Assembly (NCBI GenBank): GCA_913777025.1
Contig: CAJYQM010000090.1
Coordinates: 5,800-69,799 of the forward strand
Length of the DNA: 64,000 nt
Direction: 5' to 3'
Source of the DNA: an uncultured Massilia sp.
GTDB lineage: Bacteria > Pseudomonadota > Gammaproteobacteria > Burkholderiales > Burkholderiaceae_D
Positions within the stretch are counted from its first letter, which is position 1. Every line of letters starts with the position of its first letter. The notes under the pieces were generated by a model that worked only from the letters and a program-made list of their open reading frames with translations, searched no databases and was not told where the DNA came from. Position numbers and translations under genes: made by a program. This document shows, piece by piece, positions 1 to 10,335 of the stretch.

Positions 1-1
1 C

Positions 2-514
2 TGGGATGCGCTGGGCCGCAAGTTCTTCAAGATGGATTTCCTCGACGCCGAACGCACCATCGGCGGCGCCCGCAACCGCACGCTGATCGTCGAGCTGATG
101 CCGCACTACCCGGTCTACGTGCCGCTGCTGCCGGGCCCCGCGCAGGCCGCGATGGGCCAGATCCATCCGGACGGCGAACTCTCGTTCGATTTGTTGACGG
201 AGGAGGGTTTCGAGGCCGACGAATACATCGACATCTTCGACGGCGGCCCGATCCTGCAGGCTCACAAGAACGCGCTGCGCTCGTTTTCCGGCTCCATGGT
301 GCGGCGCGTGGTGGCGCCGGCGCGCGGGCCCGCCGCGCCGGCCCAACTGGACACGATGGCCAGCTACGCCGTGGCCAGCGGCGAGCGCAACTTCCGCGCC
401 ATCGTCGTGCCCTGCGCGCCGGCCGAAAGCGCCGAAACCCTGTGCCTGCCGTCCTGGGCCCAGCAGGCGCTGGGCGTGACGCCGGGCGACAACGTCATCT
501 GCGTGCGCATCTGA
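2..514 (+). CDS. aruF: Arginine N-succinyltransferase alpha-type subunit, 5' truncated by window edge
   Basis: Frame open from base 2 (WDALGRKFFKMDF); YIDIFDGGP motif; paralogous to the downstream astA. Confidence 0.85.
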   Translation, partial: WDALGRKFFKMDFLDAERTIGGARNRTLIVELMPHYPVYVPLLPGPAQAAMGQIHPDGELSFDLLTEEGFEADEYIDIFDGGPILQAHKNALRSFSGSMVRRVVAPARGPAAPAQLDTMASYAVASGERNFRAIVVPCAPAESAETLCLPSWAQQALGVTPGDNVICVRI

Positions 515-527
515 AGGAACACCAACC

Positions 528-1562
528 ATGCTCGTAATACGCGCAATCACCCTGGACGACATCGACCCGCTGATCGAGATGGCGCGCCAGGTCGGCAGCG
601 GGATGACGACCCTGAAGCCGGACCGTGCCATGCTGGGCGAACGCGTGAACATCGCGGTGGCCTCGTTCGCCGAGACCATCCCGCCGGAAGAACGCGACTA
701 CATGTTCGTGATGGAAGACACCGCCGGCGGCCGCCTTGCGGGCGTCTGTGCGATCAAGGCCGCGGTCGGCCTCACCGAACCCTTCTACAACTACCGTATC
801 GGCACCCTGGTGCACCATAGCCGCGAGCTGGACGTGTTCACGCGCATGGACACGCTCTACCTGTCGAACGACCTCACCGGTTCGACCGAACTGTGCTCGC
901 TGTTCCTGATGCCGGAATACCGCACGGGCTCGAACGGCAAGTGGCTGTCGAAAAGCCGCTTCCTGTTCATCGCCCAGTTCCAGCACCTGTTCACCGAAAA
1001 GATCATCGCCGAGATGCGCGGCTACCAGGCCGAGGACGGGACTTCGCCGTTCTACGAAGGCCTGGGCCGCCACTTCTTCAAGATGGATTTCAACCACGTC
1101 GACGGCCTGACCGCGCTCGGCAAGAAATCCTTCATCGCCGAACTGATGCCGCGCCAGCCGCTGTACGTGGCCTACCTGCCCGAGGATGCCCAGGCCGTGA
1201 TCGGCCAGGTACACCGCTCCACGCTCCCCGCGCGAAAATTGCTGGAGCAGGAAGGCATGCACTACGAGGGCTACGTCGACATTTTCGATGCCGGTCCCGT
1301 GCTGCAGGGCCGCGTGGGCGAGCTGCGCGCGGTGCGCGACAGCGTGCCGACCGTGGCCGAAGAGGGCGTGCCGGAAGGCGAGTGCGACGTCACGCTGGTC
1401 TCGAACACCCAGCTCGGCAACTTCCGCATGATACTCACCCAGGCTTGCGCCGGCGGCACAAAAGTGTCCCTCTCGGCGCGCGAACTGCAGCTGCTGCATT
1501 GCCAGTCGGGCGACCCGGTGCGCACGCTGTCACTCAATGTAAGGAAGGCTCTCCATGGCTAA
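528..1562 (+). CDS. astA: Arginine N-succinyltransferase
   Basis: SELCSLFL-like, LSKSRFLFIA, IIAEMRG and YVDIFDAGP motifs; first part of ast operon. Confidence 0.93.
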   Translation: MLVIRAITLDDIDPLIEMARQVGSGMTTLKPDRAMLGERVNIAVASFAETIPPEERDYMFVMEDTAGGRLAGVCAIKAAVGLTEPFYNYRIGTLVHHSRELDVFTRMDTLYLSNDLTGSTELCSLFLMPEYRTGSNGKWLSKSRFLFIAQFQHLFTEKIIAEMRGYQAEDGTSPFYEGLGRHFFKMDFNHVDGLTALGKKSFIAELMPRQPLYVAYLPEDAQAVIGQVHRSTLPARKLLEQEGMHYEGYVDIFDAGPVLQGRVGELRAVRDSVPTVAEEGVPEGECDVTLVSNTQLGNFRMILTQACAGGTKVSLSARELQLLHCQSGDPVRTLSLNVRKALHG

Positions 1563-3033
1563 TCTGTCTAATTGCATCAACGGCGAGTGGCTGGCCGGCA
1601 GCGGCGCGCCTCTCTCGACCATCGATCCGTCCACCGGCCGCGAAACCTGGACCAGTAACGAATCCACCCCGGACGACGTGGCGCGCGCCGTGCAGGCCGC
1701 GCGCGACGCCTTCGAAGACTGGGCCTTGACGCCGCTCGAGCAGCGCATCGCCGTCTGCCAGCGCTTCCGTGACTTATTAAAAGAACACAACGAAGACCTG
1801 GCCGTCATCATCGCCGAGGAAGTCGGTAAACCCTTGTGGGAAGCGCGCACGGAAGTCACGACCATGGCCAACAAGGTCGACATCTCGGTGCAGTCCTATG
1901 GCGCCCGCACCGGCGAGACGAATGCGAAAGTCGCGGACGGCAACGCCGTGCTGCGCCACCGTCCGCACGGCGTGTTCGCCGTCTTCGGCCCGTACAACTT
2001 CCCGGGCCACCTGCCGAATGGCCACATCGTGCCGGCCCTGATCGCCGGGAACACGCTGGTGTTCAAGCCCAGCGAATACGCGCCGCGCACGGCCGTGCGC
2101 ACCGTGCAGCTGTGGGAGGAAGCCGGCCTGCCGAAGGGCGTGCTGAACCTGGTCAACGGCGGCCGCGACACCGGCATTGCGCTGGGCCAGGCCGACGTCG
2201 ACGGCGTGCTGTTCACCGGCAGCAGCCAGACCGGCGCCGCCCTGCACAAGCAGTTCGGCGGCCAGCCCGGCAAGATGCTGGCGCTGGAAATGGGCGGCAA
2301 CAACCCGCTGGTCGTATGGGATCTCAGTGATAACACCGCGGATGTCGACGCCGCCGTGCACCACGCCGTGATGTCGGCGTTCATTTCGGCCGGCCAGCGC
2401 TGCACCTGCGCGCGCCGCCTGGTGGTGCAGGACACCCCGGCAGGCCAGGCCTTCATCGAGCGCCTGGTCGAGGTGGCGGGCAAGCTGGCCGTCGGCCCGT
2501 CGAACGCCGAGCCGCAGCCCTTCATGGGACCGGTGGTGTCGAGCGCCGTGGCCGCGCGCCTGGTCGAAGCGCAAGCCATGATGGAAGAGAAGGGCGGCAA
2601 GGTGCTGCTGCGCATGCGCCAGCTGGACCCGAACGCCGGTTTTGTGACCGCCGGCATCGTCGACGTCACCGATGCGCAGGGCATCCCGGACGAGGAGTGG
2701 TTCGGGCCGCTGCTGCAGGTGATCCGCGTGCAGGACTTCGATGCCGCCATCAAAGCCGCCAACGCCACCCAGTTCGGCCTGGCCGCCGCGCTGCTGTCGC
2801 CTTCCGAAGACCTGTGGCAGCGCTTCGCCGCGCGCGCGCGCGCCGGCGTCGTCAACTGGAACCGCCCGACCACCGGCGCGGCCAGCTCGGCGCCCTTCGG
2901 CGGCGTGGGCAAGTCGGGCAACCACCGCCCGAGCGCCTATTATGCCGCCGACTACTGCGCCTATCCTGTCGCCTCCATCGAAAACGCCGCGCTGGAAATG
3001 CCGGCCAAACTGTCGCCAGGATTGAGCTTCTAA
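1555..3033 (+). CDS. astD: Succinylglutamate-semialdehyde dehydrogenase
   Basis: ALDH motifs FGPYNFPGHLPNGH, LEMGGNN, SAGQRCTCARR, SGNHRPSAYYAADYCAYP. Confidence 0.95.
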   Translation: MANLSNCINGEWLAGSGAPLSTIDPSTGRETWTSNESTPDDVARAVQAARDAFEDWALTPLEQRIAVCQRFRDLLKEHNEDLAVIIAEEVGKPLWEARTEVTTMANKVDISVQSYGARTGETNAKVADGNAVLRHRPHGVFAVFGPYNFPGHLPNGHIVPALIAGNTLVFKPSEYAPRTAVRTVQLWEEAGLPKGVLNLVNGGRDTGIALGQADVDGVLFTGSSQTGAALHKQFGGQPGKMLALEMGGNNPLVVWDLSDNTADVDAAVHHAVMSAFISAGQRCTCARRLVVQDTPAGQAFIERLVEVAGKLAVGPSNAEPQPFMGPVVSSAVAARLVEAQAMMEEKGGKVLLRMRQLDPNAGFVTAGIVDVTDAQGIPDEEWFGPLLQVIRVQDFDAAIKAANATQFGLAAALLSPSEDLWQRFAARARAGVVNWNRPTTGAASSAPFGGVGKSGNHRPSAYYAADYCAYPVASIENAALEMPAKLSPGLSF

Positions 3034-4377
3034 ATGCGTAACGCCCGCGAATTCAACTTCGATGGCCTGGTCGGCCCATCGCACAACTATGCCGGCCTCT
3101 CGTTCGGCAATGTCGCCTCCTTCAACAACGTCAAGAGCGCTTCCAACCCGAGGCAGGCCGCCTTGCAGGGACTGGCCAAGATGCGCGCGCTGGCCGCGCG
3201 CGGCTTCGCGCAAGCCGTGCTGCCGCCGCAGGCGCGTCCCAACTTCCGCCTGCTGCGCCGCCTCGGCTTTTCCGGCAGCGACGCCGACGTGCTGGCGCAC
3301 GCCTGGCGCGACGCGCCGGTGATCCTGGCCTGCGCCTGGTCGGCCTCGCCGATGTGGACCGCGAACGCCGCCACCGTCAGCCCCTCGAGCGACACCGCGG
3401 ATGGCCGCGTGCACTTCACGGCCGCCAACCTGAACAACAAGCTGCACCGCGCCGAGGAGCACATCCAGTCGACCCGCACGCTGCGCGCGCTGTTTGCCGA
3501 CCAGGACCGCTTCGTGGTGCACGATCCGCTGCCCTCGACCCCGGCCTTCGGCGACGAAGGCGCGGCCAACCACACCCGCTTTGCCAGCGCCCACGGCGCC
3601 GCCGGCGTCGAGTTCTTCGTCTACGGCCGCGTGGAATTCGACCCCTCGGCGCCAGCGCCGAAAAAATACCCGGCGCGCCAGACGCTGGAAGCCTCACAGG
3701 CGATCGCGCGCCTGCACGGCCTGGACGCCGCGCGCACCGTGTTCGCCTCGCAGAACCCGGACGTGATCGACCAGGGCGTGTTCCACAACGACGTGATCGC
3801 GGTCGGCAACGGCAACGTGCTGTTCTACCACGAGCAGGCCTTTGCCGACGAAGCGGCCACGCTGGGGCTGCTCCGGCGCGCATTGGCCAACGTGGACACC
3901 GACCTGCAGGCCGTGCGCGTCACGACCGGGGCCGTGCCGCTGGCCGACGCCGTCGCCAGCTACCTGTTCAACAGCCAGCTGCTGTCCAAGCCGGACGGGA
4001 AGATGGCGCTGGTGGTGCCGCACGAATGCCGCGAGAACGCCAATGTCGCCAACTACCTGGCCGGCCTGGTCGCCTCCGGCGGCGCGATCGACGAACTGAT
4101 CGAATTCGACCTGCGCCAGAGCATGCGCAACGGCGGCGGCCCGGCCTGCCTGCGCCTGCGCGTGAGCCTGACCGACGACGAAGCCGCGGCCATGCACCAG
4201 GGCGTGATCATGACCGAGGACCTGTACGCGAAGCTGGTACCCTGGGTCGAGCGCCACTACCGCGACCGCGTCGAACCGAAAGACCTGGCCGATCCGCAGC
4301 TGGCGCGCGAGTGCGCGCAGGCGCTGGAGGAACTGGAACGCATCCTCGGCTTGCCGGGGCTGTACGACCTGGCTTGA
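3034..4377 (+). CDS. astB: N-succinylarginine dihydrolase
   Basis: [47 protein letters not shown]. Confidence 0.96.
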   Translation: MRNAREFNFDGLVGPSHNYAGLSFGNVASFNNVKSASNPRQAALQGLAKMRALAARGFAQAVLPPQARPNFRLLRRLGFSGSDADVLAHAWRDAPVILACAWSASPMWTANAATVSPSSDTADGRVHFTAANLNNKLHRAEEHIQSTRTLRALFADQDRFVVHDPLPSTPAFGDEGAANHTRFASAHGAAGVEFFVYGRVEFDPSAPAPKKYPARQTLEASQAIARLHGLDAARTVFASQNPDVIDQGVFHNDVIAVGNGNVLFYHEQAFADEAATLGLLRRALANVDTDLQAVRVTTGAVPLADAVASYLFNSQLLSKPDGKMALVVPHECRENANVANYLAGLVASGGAIDELIEFDLRQSMRNGGGPACLRLRVSLTDDEAAAMHQGVIMTEDLYAKLVPWVERHYRDRVEPKDLADPQLARECAQALEELERILGLPGLYDLA

Positions 4378-4501
4378 GCGGCGCGGCTGTAATAACATAT
4401 CGACGCAATCTGGACGGGACAACCCCGTCCGCATAACAGCCGGCGCGCAGGGCCACAAGCCACGGCGCCCCAGGCACACACAATCAGCATTGGAGATGTA
4501 A

Positions 4502-7500
4502 ATGAACAAAGACATGCCCCAGGATCTGCGTATCCGTACGCTCGCACTGGTCAATGAGAACAAGCCTGCGGAGCAGGTGGGTGCCCTGGCCGGCGCCTGG
4601 CTGGGTGCCCTCGACGACGAGGACCTGGCCGGTGTCGCCCCCGAGAGCCTGGCCGCCATCCTGCTGGATGGCTTCGCCCAGGTGGCGCAGCGCACCGTGC
4701 AGGGCTGCCAGATCGCCCGCATGCGCTACAGCGACGGGCGCGCCGGCATGTCGACCGCTCTCCTGATCCTGAACGAGGACATGCCCTACCTGGTCGACTC
4801 CTTCGTGATGGCGCTGCGCCGCCAGCGCGTGGTCGCTTCCGGCGTGATGAACGCCGTGCTGCCCGTGAAGCGCGATGCCAGCGGCACCGTGACCGCCGTC
4901 GGCGAAGCCGGCGCGCCGCTGGAATCCTACGTGCTGTGCCTGCTGGCGGAAGACCTGCCGGCCGACGAACTGGATGCGCTGGTCGCGCGCCTGGAGATGG
5001 TCGCGCGCGACGCCGCCATCGTGCACCGCGACGCCGTCGCCATGCGCGACCGCATGACCGCCGTGGCAGCCGCCGCCGCCGAGCAGGGCACGCCCGCCGG
5101 CCAGGAAGTCGCCGCCTTCCTCGAGTGGGCCAAGAACGAAGGCTTCGAACCCTTCGGCTACGCCTACTACTTCGTGAAGCCGGGCGTGCGCGAACTCGAA
5201 CGCGACATCCCGAGCCGCGTCGGCGTGCTGCAGGACACGGGCCACCCCGTCTACGGCACCAGCCTCGCGAACATTCCGGGCGACTTCGAGATCCTGTCGC
5301 GCCGCGAGGAGACGCTGTCGATCGTGAAGGCCGACGTGGCCGGCACGCTGCACCGCGACCAGCCGCTGGACTTCATCGGCGTGCGCAACACCGACACCCA
5401 GGGCAATACCATCGGCGAACACTGCTTCGTCGGCCTGTTCACCCGCGCCGCCACCTCGACCCCGCTGGCACGCCTGCCGTTCGCGCGCGGCCGCGTGGCC
5501 AAGGTGCTGGGCATCGCCGGCGTGCGCCAGGAAGGCTTCCGCGCCGAGAAATTCATCGAGATCCTGGAATCGCTGCCGCGCACCGAAGCGCTGGAAGCCG
5601 ATCCGGAATGGCTGGCCCAGGTCTGCAGCGCGGTGGTCTCGCTGTACAAGCAGCCGCGCGCAAAAGTGTTCGCGCGCCGCGACGTGTATGCGCGCCACCT
5701 GAACGTGCTGGTCTACCTGCCACGCGAGCGCTACAGCGCCGCCGTGGTGGCCGCGCTGGCGCAGGCCCTGAAGGAGAGCTCGGGCGCCATCGACGTGCGC
5801 TCGCAGACCCTGGTCGCCGATGGTCCGCTGGCCCGCGTCTACCTGATCGCCCAGGCCGCGCGCAATCCGCTCGACCTCGAGACCGACATCCAGAAGCCGC
5901 TGCTGTCCGTGCTGGACGGCTGGCATGACCGCTATACCGCGCTGACCGAAGGCGTCGAAGACGTCCCGACCCGCAACACGCTGCGCAAGATGCTGCCGAC
6001 GCTGCCGGTCAACTACGTTGCCGTGACCGCGCCGGAAGTCGCTTTCCGCGACGTCAACGCAATCCTCCACAACGGCAAGCCGGGCCACGTGTCGGTGCGC
6101 ATCGAAACCGACGATGCCGGCACGGGTGGCAGCACGTCATCGATCCGCCTGTACTCGACCGGCAGCGTGCCTTCGCTGTCGCGCATCCTGCCGGCGCTGC
6201 AGAACGCCGGCATCGCGATCGACCGCGAACAGACCTACTGGATCGCCACCGCCGACGGCACGCGCCACTACGTGACCGGCCTGATCGTCGACGCCGAGAG
6301 CGCCGCCAAGCTGGCGCAGCCGGGCATCGCGAACGTGGCCGAGGAACTGTTCGCCGCCCTGTTCAACGACGAGGCCGAAGACGGCCGCCTGAACGGCCTG
6401 GCCATCGAAGGCGGCCTGTCGACCCGCGAAGTGCAGCTGGTGCGCGCCTACATCAGCTACTGGCGCCAGGCCGGCAGCAAGTTCTCGACCCGCTACATGG
6501 CCGAAACCCTGCGCCTGCGCGCCGGCCTGGTCAAGCAGCTGGTCGACGGTTTCGTGCAGCGCTTCGATCCGGCCCTGCCGCAAGAGCAGCGCGACGCCGC
6601 CACCGCCCGCCTGGCCGAACTGAAGGCAGGCCTTGCCAAGGTCAACCACGCGGACACCGAGGAAATCATGGCCGCGCTGGTCGACCTCGTCATGGCGACC
6701 GTGCGCACCAATTACTTCCAGAACGGTGGCGAAAAGATCATCTTCAAGTTCGACACCAGCAACCTGGCGCTGGTGCCGGAGCCGCGTCCGTTCCGCGAAA
6801 TCTATGTGTTCTCGCGCCGCTTCGAAGGCGTGCACTTGCGCGGCGGCCCGGTCGCCCGCGGCGGCCTGCGCTGGTCGGACCGCATGGAAGACTACCGCAC
6901 CGAGGTGCTGGGCCTGGTGAAGGCGCAGATGGTCAAGAACGCCGTCATCGTGCCGGCCGGCTCGAAGGGCGGTTTCGTCTGCAAGCAGATGCCGAAGGAT
7001 GCCGCGCGTGACGTCGTGGCGGCGGAAGGCGAAGCCGTCTACCGCCTGTTCATCGCCAGCCTGCTGGAAGTGACCGACAACCGCGTGCATGGCGCCATCG
7101 TGGCACCCAGCGACACCGTGCGCTACGACCAGGACGATCCCTACCTGGTGGTCGCCGCCGACAAGGGCACCGCGACCTTCTCCGACATCGCCAACAGCAT
7201 CGCCGTCTCGCGCGGCTTCTGGCTGGGCGACGCCTTTGCCTCGGGCGGCTCGAATGGCTACGACCACAAGAAGATGGGCATCACGGCGAAGGGCGCGTTC
7301 GAAGCCGTCAAGCGCCACTTCTACGAGATGGGCCACGACATGAGCACGACGCCGGTGACCATGGTCGGCGTGGGCGACATGTCGGGTGACGTGTTCGGCA
7401 ACGGCGTGCTGCTGTCGCGCCAGCTGAAACTGGTGGCCGCATTCGACCACCGCCACATCTTCCTGGACCCGAACCCGGACGTCATCGTGTCCTTCAACGA

Positions 7501-9214
7501 ACGCCAGCGCATGTTCGCGCTGCCGCGTTCCTCGTGGGAGGACTACAACAAGGAACTGATCTCGGAAGGCGGCGGCGTGTATCCGCGTAGCGCCCGTCAC
7601 ATCGAGCTGTCGCCACAGGTGCGCGCGGCCCTCGACATCGAGGAAACCAGCCTGACCCCGGAAGAACTGATGCACCGCATCCTGCTGGCGCCGGTCGACC
7701 TGTTCTACAACGGCGGCATCGGCACCTACATCAAGGCCTCGACCGAGACCCACGCCCAGGTCAAGGACCGCGCCAACGACAACATCCGCGTCAGCGGGAA
7801 CGAACTGCGCGTGAAGGTCGTGGCCGAAGGCGGCAACCTGGGCGCGACCCAGGCCGGCCGCATCGAATTCGCGCTGGCGGGCGGCCGCATCTTCACCGAT
7901 GCGATCGACAACTCGGCCGGCGTGGATTGCTCCGACCACGAAGTCAACGTCAAGATCTGGCTGGACACCGAAGTCAATGCCGGTAAGCTGCCGGAAGTGG
8001 ACCGCAACCGCATCCTGAACGAAATGACCGGCGACATCGAGCACCTGGTCCTGCGCGACAACACGCTGCAGACCCACCTGCTGGTACGCGAAGCGCAAGC
8101 CCAGTCCAACGCCGCCGTGGTCGACGGCTATGCCGCCCTGATCGCCAGCCTGGAGCTTGAAGGCGCCGTCTCGCGCGAGCTGGAACAGCTGCCGAGCGAA
8201 ACCGAGCTTGCCCGCCGCAAGACGCTCGGCCAGGGCCTCACCACGCCGGAACTGGCGGTGGTCATCGCCAACGTCAAGAACCGCTTCAAGCGCACCCTGG
8301 CCGCCCTGCCGCTGACGGAGCTGCCGTGGGCCGAGACCATCCTGCGTCCGTACTTCCCGAAACAGCTGGTCGCCACCCGCGATCCTTTGGCGCACCCGCT
8401 GGCCAATGCCATCCTGGCGACCGTGCTGGCCAACGAATCGGTGAACCGCTGCGGTCCGCTGATGCTGCGCGACCTGGCAACCGAGCACCGCATCGACGAC
8501 ACCGAAGTGGTCAAGGCCTGGGGCCAGGCCTGGGCCGCGCTGCACCTGGCGCCGGTGTTCGAGGCGCTCGACCACGATGCGCTCAGCGTGCCGCGTGACG
8601 TCTCGCAGACGGTCGACGCCCGCACCCGCGTGATGCTGCGCACCGTGATCGAAGGCGTGCTGTCGCTGCCGGCCGAACAAGCCGGCGCGGGCGGCATGGA
8701 CGAGCTGTCCAAGCTGTTCGCCACCCCGGACCAGCTGCGTGCCCTGATCCCGGCCAAGTCGGACGCCGACAGCCATGCCGGCCTGTCCTCGTCCTTCGTG
8801 CAGGCCTGGAAGGCGGTCGACACGGTCGAGTCGCTGGCAGCCTTCCTGTTCGCGGCGGTGTCGGTGCAGCGTCCGGGCGGCTTGTCGCTGGCCGAGTTCC
8901 TGCAAGTCGGCATGCTGCTGCGCAGCGCCGCCGGCCTCGACACGCTGGAGCGCGGCCTGAAGCTGCCGGCCACCAGCAAGTCGCAGGAACAGCTGCGCAA
9001 CTACGCGCTGCAAGCCCTGCGCCGCACCCAGCAGCGCATGCTGCTGCAGGTGCTGGAACGCGCCAAGCAGGGCAGCGACATGCAGGCCGCGGTGCAGGAC
9101 CTGGTCGCGGCCATGGGCCTGGGCAACCAGGCGCAGCCGACCGACCTGGAACAGGCCATGCTGGACGTCTGGGCGCTGTCGGAAGGCAGCAGCCCGGAAC
9201 GCCTGGCGGCTTGA
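4502..9214 (+). CDS. gdhB: Large (1570 aa) NAD-specific glutamate dehydrogenase
   Basis: RGGLRWSDR, KGGF, DDPYLVVAADKGTATFSD, GYDHKKMGITAKGA, GVGDMSGDVFGNG; GGAG SD upstream. Confidence 0.93.
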   Translation: MNKDMPQDLRIRTLALVNENKPAEQVGALAGAWLGALDDEDLAGVAPESLAAILLDGFAQVAQRTVQGCQIARMRYSDGRAGMSTALLILNEDMPYLVDSFVMALRRQRVVASGVMNAVLPVKRDASGTVTAVGEAGAPLESYVLCLLAEDLPADELDALVARLEMVARDAAIVHRDAVAMRDRMTAVAAAAAEQGTPAGQEVAAFLEWAKNEGFEPFGYAYYFVKPGVRELERDIPSRVGVLQDTGHPVYGTSLANIPGDFEILSRREETLSIVKADVAGTLHRDQPLDFIGVRNTDTQGNTIGEHCFVGLFTRAATSTPLARLPFARGRVAKVLGIAGVRQEGFRAEKFIEILESLPRTEALEADPEWLAQVCSAVVSLYKQPRAKVFARRDVYARHLNVLVYLPRERYSAAVVAALAQALKESSGAIDVRSQTLVADGPLARVYLIAQAARNPLDLETDIQKPLLSVLDGWHDRYTALTEGVEDVPTRNTLRKMLPTLPVNYVAVTAPEVAFRDVNAILHNGKPGHVSVRIETDDAGTGGSTSSIRLYSTGSVPSLSRILPALQNAGIAIDREQTYWIATADGTRHYVTGLIVDAESAAKLAQPGIANVAEELFAALFNDEAEDGRLNGLAIEGGLSTREVQLVRAYISYWRQAGSKFSTRYMAETLRLRAGLVKQLVDGFVQRFDPALPQEQRDAATARLAELKAGLAKVNHADTEEIMAALVDLVMATVRTNYFQNGGEKIIFKFDTSNLALVPEPRPFREIYVFSRRFEGVHLRGGPVARGGLRWSDRMEDYRTEVLGLVKAQMVKNAVIVPAGSKGGFVCKQMPKDAARDVVAAEGEAVYRLFIASLLEVTDNRVHGAIVAPSDTVRYDQDDPYLVVAADKGTATFSDIANSIAVSRGFWLGDAFASGGSNGYDHKKMGITAKGAFEAVKRHFYEMGHDMSTTPVTMVGVGDMSGDVFGNGVLLSRQLKLVAAFDHRHIFLDPNPDVIVSFNERQRMFALPRSSWEDYNKELISEGGGVYPRSARHIELSPQVRAALDIEETSLTPEELMHRILLAPVDLFYNGGIGTYIKASTETHAQVKDRANDNIRVSGNELRVKVVAEGGNLGATQAGRIEFALAGGRIFTDAIDNSAGVDCSDHEVNVKIWLDTEVNAGKLPEVDRNRILNEMTGDIEHLVLRDNTLQTHLLVREAQAQSNAAVVDGYAALIASLELEGAVSRELEQLPSETELARRKTLGQGLTTPELAVVIANVKNRFKRTLAALPLTELPWAETILRPYFPKQLVATRDPLAHPLANAILATVLANESVNRCGPLMLRDLATEHRIDDTEVVKAWGQAWAALHLAPVFEALDHDALSVPRDVSQTVDARTRVMLRTVIEGVLSLPAEQAGAGGMDELSKLFATPDQLRALIPAKSDADSHAGLSSSFVQAWKAVDTVESLAAFLFAAVSVQRPGGLSLAEFLQVGMLLRSAAGLDTLERGLKLPATSKSQEQLRNYALQALRRTQQRMLLQVLERAKQGSDMQAAVQDLVAAMGLGNQAQPTDLEQAMLDVWALSEGSSPERLAA

Positions 9215-9218
9215 TGCC

Positions 9219-10214
9219 ATGAGTGCGGCGTCTTTCGATACGCTGCCGGAAGCGGTCCGGGCACTGGCCCGGGCCGACTTCGGCCAGGTGGCGGCGCGCT
9301 TCCGGGAAGCCGGTTTCACGGTCACGCTGCCCGACAGGGGCATCCTGAGCGTGAAAGCGGCGGCGCCCGACCCGGCGCGCGCCAGCGTACTGCTGTCGGT
9401 TGGCGTGCACGGCGACGAGACCGGTCCCATCGAGATGGTGGCCCATGCGCTCGACGCCCTGTCGCACAGTCCACGGGAACTGGCGGTGGACCTGATGCTG
9501 TGCGTCGGCAGCATCGACGCGATCGCGGTCGGCAAGCGCTTCATCGACGCCGACCTGAATCGCATGTTCCGCCTGCAGCGCGGCGACCTGGCCGCCACCT
9601 TCGAAGCCGGGCGCGCCGACGCCATCATCGCCGCCACGCGCGACTTCTTCGATGGCAGCGGGCCGCGGCGCTGGCACCTTGACCTGCACACGGCGATCCG
9701 CGCGTCGCGTTATCCGAAGTTCGCGATCGTGCCGCAGCTGATCGCGCAGCAAGCGCGCGATGCGCTGATCGCCTGGCTGGGTTTGGCGGGCATCGAAGCC
9801 GTGATCATGAATCCGGCCTCCGCCGGCACCTACAGCTACTGGACCGCCGAGCAGCACGGCGCCGCCGCCAGCACGGTGGAACTGGGGCGCATCGGCACGC
9901 TTGGCCGGAACGACCTGTCGCAGTTCACGCAAGCCGCCGCGGCGATCGATGCTCTGTTGCGTGGCGAGACCCGGGGCGAGGGCACGCCGCCGCTGGTGTT
10001 CGACACGGCGCAGTCGATCACCAAGCTGTCCGACGCTTTCCGCATGGGCTTCGGCAGGGAGACCGAGAACTTCACGCCCCTCAAAAAAGGCGAGGTCATT
10101 GCCACCGACGGCGACACCGTCTACACGGTCAAGCATGACGAGGAGTTCGTCGTATTTCCTAACCCGGACGTGCGTGTCGGCTTGCGTGCCGGGATCATGG
10201 TAGTGCGAAAGTAG
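9219..10214 (+). CDS. astE: Succinylglutamate desuccinylase
   Basis: GVHGDET, DLNRMF, DLHTAIR, TVELG (M14 AstE/AspA motifs). Confidence 0.92.
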   Translation: MSAASFDTLPEAVRALARADFGQVAARFREAGFTVTLPDRGILSVKAAAPDPARASVLLSVGVHGDETGPIEMVAHALDALSHSPRELAVDLMLCVGSIDAIAVGKRFIDADLNRMFRLQRGDLAATFEAGRADAIIAATRDFFDGSGPRRWHLDLHTAIRASRYPKFAIVPQLIAQQARDALIAWLGLAGIEAVIMNPASAGTYSYWTAEQHGAAASTVELGRIGTLGRNDLSQFTQAAAAIDALLRGETRGEGTPPLVFDTAQSITKLSDAFRMGFGRETENFTPLKKGEVIATDGDTVYTVKHDEEFVVFPNPDVRVGLRAGIMVVRK

Positions 10215-10256
10215 GTTGAACGCGTGGACAGCTCCGCTGTCCACGCGTTCAACCTA
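10211..10256. repeat. GTAG-type REP-derived perfect hairpin (21-bp arms, 3-nt loop)
   Basis: TAGGTTGAACGCGTGGACAGC-tcc-GCTGTCCACGCGTTCAACCTA; shares sequence with elements at 12448, 18011 and 49675. Confidence 0.85.
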
Positions 10257-10335
10257 AGCTTGCTCACCGCCTACGAAAAACATATTTTGTCCGTGCGCGC
10301 TAGACTAGCTCTTTTGAACAAGGGAGCGTCTACCC

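Noticed and set aside
6137-9691. 1184-aa antisense ORF and many other long overlapping ORFs in the track
   Set aside because: Shadow frames of high-GC genes; Arg/Ala/Pro-rich with no domain motifs. The antisense of gdhB is a well-known spurious call.
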